Source: Candidatus Uhrbacteria bacterium (lineage in GTDB: Bacteria > Patescibacteriota > Patescibacteriia > JACQSD01). Taken from it: a DNA stretch of 51,529 bases. Below, piece by piece: positions 1 to 7,964 of the stretch (position 1 is the stretch's first letter; every line of letters starts with the position of its first letter). The stretch spans positions 1-51,529 of the forward strand of contig JACQSD010000018.1 in assembly GCA_016206165.1 (NCBI GenBank). Direction: 5' to 3'. The notes below the pieces were generated by a model that did no database searches, was not told where the DNA came from, and was given only the letters and a program-made list of their open reading frames with translations. Both the position numbers and the translations under genes were made by a program.

Positions 1-259
1 CTATATCATCATGGACAAGAATGAGATTGGTAATTGGTAATTGGTAATTGGTAATTATTTAAGCAGCTGCCTTTCCCGATTCATTCATATATGTTGTGGG
101 GAGTGCGAAAATGATGGCATCATGTTTTGCAATTTCGGCAAAGAGTTTCTTTTCAGCTTTCCAGTCCTTGGATAACGCACGCACAACCTCACGGCCCACG
201 TTATGCCGCGTACCCACATATTCCTCCCCTGGATTTCCAAGGCCAATGATGAGTTTCAT
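1..259 (-). pseudogene. pth: Peptidyl-tRNA hydrolase, 5' part, with an in-frame TAA at 59-61; the frame continues off the window edge
   Basis: MKLIIGLGNPG..Y..TRHNVG and PTTYMNESG motifs. After the TAA the same frame reads IITNYQLPITNLILVHDDI, matching the Pth 'lvvHDDlD' motif. Confidence 0.75.
26..56. repeat. Heptamer tandem repeat (ATTGGTA)x4+ inside pth
   Basis: attggtaattggtaattggtaattggtaatt read directly. Confidence 0.9.
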
Positions 260-266
260 GGTTTAT

Positions 267-340
267 GGATCGCGAAAATACGAATTAAATACGAACATAC
301 GAATTCGTGATTTCGTACAGTATTCGTACTTTCGCGATCC
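267..340. repeat. Inverted array of ATACGAA-like units with 11-bp terminal inverted repeats, between der and pth
   Basis: GGATCGCGAAA...TTTCGCGATCC enclosing tacgaa x3 and ttcgta/ttcgtg x3. Confidence 0.75.
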
Positions 341-1806
341 TAGTGTTCTATTGTTCGTACGGTGAAGATAATGGGAGTCCCTAGAAAACCGAATCGTTCG
401 CGGAGGCGATTTTCCACAAACTTCATATACGATTTTCGCACTGTCCCTTTTTGTTTCCCGCGCTGCGTCATCACATTCGTCCACTCGGTGACGAGTTCAA
501 ACGTTGGTGGGCTTGCACTCTTTTGCTTCAAGCCATACACATGTGGCTTGCGCATTTTTTTATTCTTCGCAGAGGGGCGGTAGATCAGTCGTTTCATAAA
601 GTCGCGGAGTTCTGCTTCTGGGATCATCCGTTCACGTTCTCGCGCTGCCGCACGTGCTGCATCAAGTATACGCTCTACATTCCGTTTCGTCACGGCAGAA
701 ACGAAAAGAATCGGTGCCCACGAAAGGTGCGGGAAATGATTCCGTACGTACGCCGTATATTTTTTTACTGCATCCTCATTTTGCATTCTTAATTTCGCAT
801 TCTGCATTTGAAATAGGTCCCACTTATTTGCGACAATGATACACCCGACATTGCGGTCAATAATTTCTCGGGCGATGTGCATGTCTTGGCTCCCGAGTGC
901 TTCATGGCTTTCAATGACAAAGAGCGCAACATCGGTGCGTTCGAGTGCACGAAGCGAGAGCGTCACGCCAGCTTGTTCAAGCCCAGGATCAATGCGTGCA
1001 CCTTTGCGGATCCCCGCGGTATCAATGAGCATATACGATTGGTCGCGATATTGAAATTGTGTGTCGATCGGTTCGCGTGTCGTATGCGCGATCGGAGAAA
1101 CAATAACACGATCCTCGCCGAGGAGCGCGTTCATGAGCGAGGACTTTCCGACGTTTGGTCGCCCGATCAATGCGAGTCGGATTTGCTTTTCCTTCGGTGC
1201 TGCCAAATTTTTCGGCGATTTCCCCCCTTGTAATTTTGTGATAATAAGATCCAGCAAGTCGCCGGTTCCTGCACCGGTCACAGCAGAGACCGGAATTGGT
1301 TCCCCAAAGCCAAGCGACCAGAATTCATGGACATGATGCCTCCACTTTGGGGCATCGATTTTGTTCGCAACAAGGAGCACTGGTATGTTTATTTTTTGGA
1401 GCGCTCTTGCCCAGTTTTTTTCTTGCGGGAGGAGACCCTCTTTTCCGTCGACGAGAAAGAGAATGAGCGCTGCGCGGGGGAGTGCGAGTGCGGTTTGGAA
1501 TTCAATTTCTTTTGCGAATGGTTCTGATCCACGTTCATATCCCGGATCACCAGACAAACGCTGTCCGCGGCGCCTTTTCATGGGAAGTTTTTTTGCGTGT
1601 GCGAGATCAATGCCGCCGGTATCCATGAGTGTAAACTGTATATTGTCCCAGTGTACTGTTCCTTCGCGGCGGTCGCGGGTCGTACCGGCGATCGGCGAAA
1701 CAAGCGCACCGTGTGTGTGCGTCAGTTTGTTATAGAGTGTTGATTTCCCGACGTTTGTGCGTCCGACAAGGACGACCGTCGGGAGTGCGAGTGATTTTTC
1801 GATCAT
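340..1806 (-). CDS. der: Ribosome biogenesis GTPase Der/EngA
   Basis: Two G domains (GRTNVGKS..DTGG..NKID; GRPNVGKS..DTAG..NKWD) and a C-terminal KH-like domain ending RERFGFLGTPI. Start could be 1845. Confidence 0.95.
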   Translation of the reverse strand: MIEKSLALPTVVLVGRTNVGKSTLYNKLTHTHGALVSPIAGTTRDRREGTVHWDNIQFTLMDTGGIDLAHAKKLPMKRRRGQRLSGDPGYERGSEPFAKEIEFQTALALPRAALILFLVDGKEGLLPQEKNWARALQKINIPVLLVANKIDAPKWRHHVHEFWSLGFGEPIPVSAVTGAGTGDLLDLIITKLQGGKSPKNLAAPKEKQIRLALIGRPNVGKSSLMNALLGEDRVIVSPIAHTTREPIDTQFQYRDQSYMLIDTAGIRKGARIDPGLEQAGVTLSLRALERTDVALFVIESHEALGSQDMHIAREIIDRNVGCIIVANKWDLFQMQNAKLRMQNEDAVKKYTAYVRNHFPHLSWAPILFVSAVTKRNVERILDAARAAARERERMIPEAELRDFMKRLIYRPSAKNKKMRKPHVYGLKQKSASPPTFELVTEWTNVMTQRGKQKGTVRKSYMKFVENRLRERFGFLGTPIIFTVRTIEH

Positions 1807-1837
1807 ACATCCTGAGACTGTAGCGGATCTTCCACCA

Positions 1838-1882
1838 TACATCACCTGGAGATGTATCTATTTTACATCTCCAGGTGATGTA
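1838..1882. repeat. Perfect 19-bp inverted repeat (REP-doublet-like hairpin)
   Basis: TACATCACCTGGAGATGTA-7nt-TACATCTCCAGGTGATGTA. Confidence 0.85.
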
Positions 1883-1891
1883 GTGGGTGAC

Positions 1892-3322
1892 CTATTCGTT
1901 ATCGTGTATCGCATGGTTCGGCCCAAGAATGATAATGAAATCTGCGGGAGATTGCAAGGGGTTTGCTTCGCGCAGCGCCCCGTCGTTGCGTGGAAGCGGA
2001 AGAATGCTCGTTTGCTCCCCGAAGAAGATATGGAGCGCGCTCACTGCATCTTCTTTTTTTCCATCCGTTTGGTCGATGATGAATGTTTCAGTAATTCGTT
2101 GGTCTGGAGCATTTGCTACATTTGTGATCGTAAATCCATTCTTTTTCAATGCATCAGCGACGGTTCGTGCGAGTCCTTCAATTTTCGTTCCATTGCGAAC
2201 ATCGAGCGTCGCGCTTATTTTCTTCCGAACCACGACTGGCTGAACATCAAAGATATTGGTGATGAGCGTGCGAATCTCATCAAAATTTCCTGTCCGTGGT
2301 TCGAGGAGAAATGCACCCTCGAAGTACGTTTCCGTGAGATACCCCTCGGCACTTGTATCAAGGACGATCGTATTGATTGTGCGCGTATCAATATTCTTCA
2401 TGAGTCGTGCAAATCGCACCATTTCTCCAAGGTTCATATTGATAATAACATTCTGTTCGAAGGTTTCGATGAGCGTGGAAATGACGGTGGGGCTGGTGAG
2501 TGTCCAAACAGAAAAAAGGCGATCCTTCACCGCCTCAATTATTTTTTGTTGACGACGTGCACGAGCAAAATCCGATCCCTCACCATTATTTCCGTGACGG
2601 GAACGAGCAAATTGAAGCGCGCGATTGCCGTCAAACCACTGCGGACCGGCATTGAACGTAAGAACTTGATATTTATAGTTTTCCGTTGGGTATCGTGTAT
2701 CAGTGAATGCACGGTCGACAGTAAGATACATGCCACCCATGGTATCGATGAGTTTTCGGAACGCTTCGAAATCAACACGGACGGTGTAGTGGATTGGTTG
2801 TTGCAAGAGTTTTTCTAATGCCGCGCTTACAAACGCAGCGCCATTCCCCGGATTTTCTAATTCCCCGAATGCGTTTGCGGTATTAATTTTTCTCCAGCCG
2901 TAATTTCCAAGGGGAACGACAAGGTCACGTGGGATCGAGAGGAGAAAAATTTGTTTTGTGGACGGACGGATCGATGCAAGGATAATGGTATCGGTGAGAT
3001 ACGGCCCCTCGTGACCAGCCCCACCCATGCCGAGGAGGAGCACATTGATTCGATCCTCTTTTTCTCCTTTGAGGGTAATTTCTCCACTTCGTGCAAGTGA
3101 GCGCAATACACGGAAGATGGGGATATTTGCAAATGGGAAGAACGTGTGTTCCGCAAAGATAATTTGGTAGCCAAAGGTGAGGAGAATGACAAAAAAAAGA
3201 CTGACCCCATAGACAAGGATCATCCGTTTTCGTTTATTGCGTGGAGTGGTGTGCTGCTCGCTCAATTCCTCGGGGGATTCTTCAGTAGGGACGAGATTGA
3301 CACGCGGTGGTTCGATGGGCAT
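1892..3322 (-). CDS. LCP (LytR-CpsA-Psr) family glycopolymer transferase with C-terminal LytR_C domain
   Basis: N-terminal TM; NVLLLG, LTDTIIL, LSIPRDL, KINTA, ARSRH..SDFARARRQQ; C-terminal VRNGT..GLA. Confidence 0.9.
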   Translation of the reverse strand: MPIEPPRVNLVPTEESPEELSEQHTTPRNKRKRMILVYGVSLFFVILLTFGYQIIFAEHTFFPFANIPIFRVLRSLARSGEITLKGEKEDRINVLLLGMGGAGHEGPYLTDTIILASIRPSTKQIFLLSIPRDLVVPLGNYGWRKINTANAFGELENPGNGAAFVSAALEKLLQQPIHYTVRVDFEAFRKLIDTMGGMYLTVDRAFTDTRYPTENYKYQVLTFNAGPQWFDGNRALQFARSRHGNNGEGSDFARARRQQKIIEAVKDRLFSVWTLTSPTVISTLIETFEQNVIINMNLGEMVRFARLMKNIDTRTINTIVLDTSAEGYLTETYFEGAFLLEPRTGNFDEIRTLITNIFDVQPVVVRKKISATLDVRNGTKIEGLARTVADALKKNGFTITNVANAPDQRITETFIIDQTDGKKEDAVSALHIFFGEQTSILPLPRNDGALREANPLQSPADFIIILGPNHAIHDNE

Positions 3323-3444
3323 AGCAATAGTATACGGTGGAAGCGTGATATTGACAAACTTGCAGTATTTGATCTTTTTCTTTTTTATGGTATAGTCAAT
3401 GGAGAACGGTGGACATCCCATGCGTTGTTTTGTTTCAATGATAT

Positions 3445-3538
3445 GGGCGTTTAGCTCCCGCCTCTCGCACCGCCGATCAAACCTCCGCTTCGCTCCGGCT
3501 CAGAGGCACCAGCATACGCGGCGGGCAGGCAGCTGGTT
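3445..3538 (+). pseudogene. 5' tRNA(Val-like) fragment with a hairpin insertion in the D arm
   Basis: GGGCGTTTAGCTC-[~72 nt GC-rich insert]-AGCTGGTT resembles a tRNA 5' end GGGCGnTTAGCTCAGCTGGTT. Confidence 0.45.
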
Positions 3539-3546
3539 CGGTGTGC

Positions 3547-3623
3547 GGATGATTAGCTCAGATGGTTAGAGCGCTGTCCTCACACGACAGAGGTCGCTGG
3601 TTCGAATCCAGCATCATCCACCA
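3547..3623 (+). tRNA. tRNA-Val(CAC)
   Basis: Acceptor GGATGAT/ATCATCC, D arm GCTC/GAGC, anticodon arm CTGTC-CTCACAC-GACAG, T loop TTCGAAT, 3' ACCA. Confidence 0.95.
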
Positions 3624-3643
3624 GGTTCATTAAACAATACGAA

Positions 3644-3830
3644 AGCTCAGCTTCAGCCCCGGGCTGATCTCCTCCAAAGGCGGACAGGCGCCAGGGGCGG
3701 AGGTTAGAGCGCCCCGCCATGGCGGGGAGGTCGCTGGTTTCCGCGACGTCTTCGCGCGCGGACCCGCGCACCCGCGCAGGCCTCCGGCCATGTCGCGGGA
3801 TGTCGCGGGCGAATCCACCATCGTCCACCA
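3644..3830 (+). pseudogene. Degenerate tRNA-Val copy with long hairpin inserts in the D and T loops
   Basis: AGCTCAG-[51 nt]-GGTTAGAGCG-CCCCGCCATGGCGGGG-AGGTCGCTGGTT-[70 nt]-CGAATCCACCATCGTCCACCA is collinear with the intact tRNA. Confidence 0.7.
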
Positions 3831-3839
3831 TCATTTATT

Positions 3840-4535
3840 ATGTTCTCATTCTTTCTCCCCAAAGCACAACCCGAAGCAGAGAATCCAGAGCCGGTTACGA
3901 AGGCGGAGGGCACGCTTGATTTTCTCTGGGAACTCATGAAGGTCGTGATTATTTCACTCGCGATTATTCTTCCGGTGCGCTATTTTCTTGTGCAGCCGTT
4001 TTATGTCAATGGTGCATCGATGGAGCCTACCTATTTTGAAAGCGATTATCTTATTGTCGATGAATTATCCTACCGATTCGAAGAGCCCGAGCGCGGCACA
4101 GTTATTATTTTTAAATGTTCGTCGCCCGCGTGTGGTGCAAGTAGGGGGTCGCACCTTATTAAACGTGTCGTCGGTCTTCCTGGCGAGCATCTTGAGCTCC
4201 GTCGCGGTCTTCTCTTCATTCAAAATGCCGCACGTCCGGAAGGATTTTATCTTGACGAGCGCCCGTATCTCACCCGCGGCATTTACGAACACGACGTTGT
4301 ATCGGTTGACCTTGGTTCAGATGAATATTTTGTGATGGGAGATAATCGGTGCGTGAGTTTTGCCTCCGAGGATTTTGGGCCAATCAAACGTTCGTGGATT
4401 GTCGGGCGTGCATGGATCCGCGGGTGGCCGTTTACAAAAGCAGGATTTATCGAGAGCCCGACGTATACGCTCCTGCCGCCAACCACCGATGAGGCGCCAT
4501 TACGAAAGCAAAACTGTATCGATTATTATCAATAG
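3840..4535 (+). CDS. lepB: Signal peptidase I
   Basis: TM then PFYVNGASMEPT (catalytic Ser), LIKRVVGLPGE (Lys), YFVMGDNR..S.D. Confidence 0.95.
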   Translation: MFSFFLPKAQPEAENPEPVTKAEGTLDFLWELMKVVIISLAIILPVRYFLVQPFYVNGASMEPTYFESDYLIVDELSYRFEEPERGTVIIFKCSSPACGASRGSHLIKRVVGLPGEHLELRRGLLFIQNAARPEGFYLDERPYLTRGIYEHDVVSVDLGSDEYFVMGDNRCVSFASEDFGPIKRSWIVGRAWIRGWPFTKAGFIESPTYTLLPPTTDEAPLRKQNCIDYYQ

Positions 4536-4567
4536 GACCTCTACGACCAATAAGACCTATCCGACTT

Positions 4568-6100
4568 ATGAAACCGACAGAGAAACAACAAAAGGCACCA
4601 CCACCAACACCACCCCCTGCACCGCAGCGGAAGATTGAACGTGTGCAAGCAGTGCGGGGGATGAAAGATATTCTTCCACAAGAAGAGCGTTTGTGGACAT
4701 GGATCACGGGTCGTGCACGTGCACTTGCGCACGCATATGGATTTCAATTGATTGAACTCCCTATACTCGAGGCAACATCCTTGTTTGTACGCGCGGTCGG
4801 AAAGGACACGGATATTGTCGAGAAAGAAATGTTTTCATTTGAAGATCAGGGAGGAGATCGCTTAAGTCTTCGGCCAGAACCAACAGCAGGGATGGTCCGT
4901 TCATACATCGAGCATGGGATGGTGAATCAACCACAGCCGGTGCAGCTCTATACGATTGGACCGATGTTTCGTCATGAACGCCCACAAGCGGGACGCCTGC
5001 GACAGTTTTATCAATTCGACTGTGAGGTCTTTGGCGACGCGAGTCCGGTCATCGATGCCCAACTCATCATTCTTGCACATCATTTCTATAAGGAGCTTGG
5101 GCTTGAGACGATCGTCCACATGAATAGCGTCGGATGCCCGACATGCAGGCCCACGTATACGGAAGAGCTTGCGCGCTATTACAAAACACACCGGAAGTCG
5201 TTGTGTGAAGATTGTCAGCGACGCCTGTTAAAAAATCCACTGCGGCTTCTTGATTGTAAAGCAGAGGCGTGCCAACCAATCAAAACAGGAGCCCCACAGA
5301 TCCTCGATCGCCTCTGCGATCTCTGTAAGAATCATTTCATGAAGGTCCTTGAGTATCTCGATGATGCGGCGATTCCATACAGTTTACAGCCAGCGCTCGT
5401 CCGCGGGCTTGATTACTACACAAAAACCGTTTTTGAGTTTTTTTCGCCGATGCCAGACGGAACGCAAGGATTCGCACTTGGTGGTGGGGGCAGATATGAT
5501 GGGCTCGTGGAGTATTTTTCGCAGCGCCAATGTCCCGCTGCAGGGTTTGGCATTGGTCTTGAGCGCATCATGGCGGCCCTTCGTCAGCGCACGATCGATG
5601 CGCCAGCGAGTGAGCGGCCACACGTCTTTCTTGCACAACTTGGGGACGCAGCAAAACGACGCGCACTCCTTCTTTTTGAAGAGTGCCGCAAAGCGAACCT
5701 GCTCGTCCTTGCACAGTTCTCAAAAGATAACTTGAAGGCGCAGCTAGAAATTGCGCGACGCAACCATGTGCGCTACACACTCATTCTTGGTCAGAAAGAA
5801 GTGATGGAAGGTACAATTATTCTTCGTGATATGGATGGAGGAGCGCAAGAAGTAGTGAATGCAGAACGCATTGTTGCTGTCCTCCAAAAGAAAATTGCCG
5901 AAGCACCGATCATCGCTTCGGGAGCGACTGATGATACTCCGCATGATCGTTCGCTATCGTTTAAAGATGATCCAGAACTTGCCGAAGATGAAACCGAAGG
6001 AGATGCATTTGAACAGGTAAGCGACGGGAAGGATACAGTGAATCCGGATTTTGAAGAAAAAGGAGGTGACGACGGTGGAAGTGAAACGGAAACGGAATGA
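4568..6100 (+). CDS. hisS: Histidine--tRNA ligase with acidic C-terminal extension
   Basis: RGMKD, LRPEPTA, FRHERPQAGRLRQFYQ, LVRGLDYY, GGGRYDGL, GFGIGLER. Confidence 0.97.
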   Translation: MKPTEKQQKAPPPTPPPAPQRKIERVQAVRGMKDILPQEERLWTWITGRARALAHAYGFQLIELPILEATSLFVRAVGKDTDIVEKEMFSFEDQGGDRLSLRPEPTAGMVRSYIEHGMVNQPQPVQLYTIGPMFRHERPQAGRLRQFYQFDCEVFGDASPVIDAQLIILAHHFYKELGLETIVHMNSVGCPTCRPTYTEELARYYKTHRKSLCEDCQRRLLKNPLRLLDCKAEACQPIKTGAPQILDRLCDLCKNHFMKVLEYLDDAAIPYSLQPALVRGLDYYTKTVFEFFSPMPDGTQGFALGGGGRYDGLVEYFSQRQCPAAGFGIGLERIMAALRQRTIDAPASERPHVFLAQLGDAAKRRALLLFEECRKANLLVLAQFSKDNLKAQLEIARRNHVRYTLILGQKEVMEGTIILRDMDGGAQEVVNAERIVAVLQKKIAEAPIIASGATDDTPHDRSLSFKDDPELAEDETEGDAFEQVSDGKDTVNPDFEEKGGDDGGSETETE

Positions 6101-6299
6101 AAGCTTTGAGAGTTTGTTGCGGCGGTTTAATCGGAGAATGCTCATGAGCGGACGCGCGTTGCAGGCAAAAAAAATTCGTTTTTTTCGACGTCCAAAGAAT
6201 GAAACGAAAAAACGCGCAGGAGCACTCCGACGGGTTGTCTTACAAAAACGAGCAGCATATCTTGAACGTATTGGGAAACTCGACGACATGATGAAGTAA
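6075..6299 (+). CDS. rpsU: 30S ribosomal protein S21
   Basis: VEVKRKRNESFESLLRRF motif, basic, 74 aa; SD AGGAGGTG at 6061-6068 before the GTG. Confidence 0.8.
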   Translation: MEVKRKRNESFESLLRRFNRRMLMSGRALQAKKIRFFRRPKNETKKRAGALRRVVLQKRAAYLERIGKLDDMMK

Positions 6300-6350
6300 A
6301 GACAGTAAAGGCAGTTTGTCAGTCTATCAGCTATCTTTACTGACTTTACT
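6295..6350. repeat. Inverted 9-bp-period array (AGTAAAGAC / GACTTTACT), copy A
   Basis: agtaaagacagtaaaggcag...ctatctttactgactttact at the rpsU stop. Confidence 0.75.
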
Positions 6351-6371
6351 GGTATACTGGCTTACTATCAG

Positions 6372-7931
6372 GTGAGTTCCATGCTTCTCACCAACAAACC
6401 CAATCAGCAAAAAAAACTATCGCGAGCACGACGTGCGGCGCAAATATTGTCGCTGTCTTTTTTTGTGTTCGTTTTTCCCTTCATTGCTTTTGCACAAACA
6501 ACTGGAGGAGGGCGAGGTTTTTTTATTGCAGGAATTATTTTCGGCATCATTGCGCTCATATTGTTTGGGGTTGTTGTATGGGCAATGGTGCAGTATCGGC
6601 GCTATACACCCGATGACCAGCGCAGTACACGAGCGCGCCTCATCCTTCTCGTGAGCGGCGGCGCAGCACTCATCTTTCTTATTCTTGCGCTCGTGTTCCT
6701 CATCATTGGGCGGAGAAAAAGTTCTGAGAGTACGAGTGGTGGGGGTAGAGGATCAACAATCCCAGAGCCGCCACGCCCGCCGCAGCTTCCAACGCGCGTC
6801 ATTGAAAGGCATACACCACGGCGTGATGAGCAAAATGTCGCACGGAATACATCACTCCTTATGACATTTCGTGAAGCAGTCGATCCCGTGAGTGTTCTTG
6901 ATACCAAGGGGACGGCTGACGTTTCCGACGACCGCATTCGTGGGGAAGCAATCACCCTTCGTCCGAAATCCGGCGGAGCTGCACTCGTGTTGCGAGGAAA
7001 ATTGTCAAACGGAAATCGTACTGTGCATGCAATTCCATTATCTCCACTCGGTGATCCTGCAACGCCTCTTACCTATATTGCGCAAATCACCGCATCTGTA
7101 CAAAAAAAGATTGGTGGGAGTGTATTTTCAGAAAACGGGGTTTATACATGGGAGTTTACAACCGGAAAAAGCCTCGATAGCACGCCGCCAACGATCGTGT
7201 CCATGATTCCAAGTGCAAAAGGAACGAGCGCACCGAATAGTGCAGTACACGTTGTCTTTTCAGAACCGATTGACCCGGCAACGCTTGATGTGACGAGCCA
7301 AGGATCCTCTGGGCTCACACTGATGCAGGATAAAAAACCTGTTCACGGGAGCTGGCTGCTCGGGGTCGACGGAAAAACAGCGGAATTTATCCCAACGGAA
7401 GAATGCGGAAAGAATACATGTGGAGCACCGATCCATTGTCTCCCGCGAGGGGCGCAGCTCTCATTCCTTGCAACTCCCGCAACGCTTGGCCCCACTCCAC
7501 CACAAGCGCGGTTTCCATACGATGGAATTGTTGATCTCGCCGGGAATAGCCTTGATGGAGATGGAGATGGAAAAGCAGAAGGGGCGGGAGATGTCTACCG
7601 ATCACTCTTTGCAACAATGAGCGCGATTGATTCTGTGGCGCCGACCATTATTGATGTGCGTCCGACGAGTGGGAGCACGAATGTTCCCGGGGCGACGCCC
7701 GTTGAGATCCTTTTCTCAAAACCAATGCTCACGACATCAATGACACGTGACTCGGTGTTCCTTGAAGGCGTTGAAGGAGAACTGCACTATCGATTTGATG
7801 ATCGCGACGGGCGAACGCGGGTGACCATTGAACACCCCCCGTTTGTTTCTGATCAGCTTGTCGCTCCCATTGTTTCTGGATCAGTCCAAGATCTTTCGCA
7901 AAATTGCTATCAACCGTGCACAGGACCGTAG
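6372..7931 (+). CDS. Membrane-anchored protein with Ig-like (Big_5/SbsA-type) domains
   Basis: N-terminal TMs, then repeated P..NV..N....FSEP(I/V)D..Y.W.F.T modules and DLAGNSLDGDGDG. Confidence 0.7.
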   Translation: MSSMLLTNKPNQQKKLSRARRAAQILSLSFFVFVFPFIAFAQTTGGGRGFFIAGIIFGIIALILFGVVVWAMVQYRRYTPDDQRSTRARLILLVSGGAALIFLILALVFLIIGRRKSSESTSGGGRGSTIPEPPRPPQLPTRVIERHTPRRDEQNVARNTSLLMTFREAVDPVSVLDTKGTADVSDDRIRGEAITLRPKSGGAALVLRGKLSNGNRTVHAIPLSPLGDPATPLTYIAQITASVQKKIGGSVFSENGVYTWEFTTGKSLDSTPPTIVSMIPSAKGTSAPNSAVHVVFSEPIDPATLDVTSQGSSGLTLMQDKKPVHGSWLLGVDGKTAEFIPTEECGKNTCGAPIHCLPRGAQLSFLATPATLGPTPPQARFPYDGIVDLAGNSLDGDGDGKAEGAGDVYRSLFATMSAIDSVAPTIIDVRPTSGSTNVPGATPVEILFSKPMLTTSMTRDSVFLEGVEGELHYRFDDRDGRTRVTIEHPPFVSDQLVAPIVSGSVQDLSQNCYQPCTGP

Positions 7932-7964
7932 CCGAATTTCAAATTTGAAATTTCAAATTTTTTC

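Noticed and set aside
59..61. Genome-wide stop-codon reassignment
   Set aside because: TAA, TAG and TGA all end conserved genes at expected positions (rpsU, ftsZ, hisS), and RF2 is present.
1757..2818. 353-aa plus-strand ORF and similar long antisense ORFs (e.g. 46331-47059, 10014-10682)
   Set aside because: They are shadows of well-supported opposite-strand genes and have no recognisable motifs.
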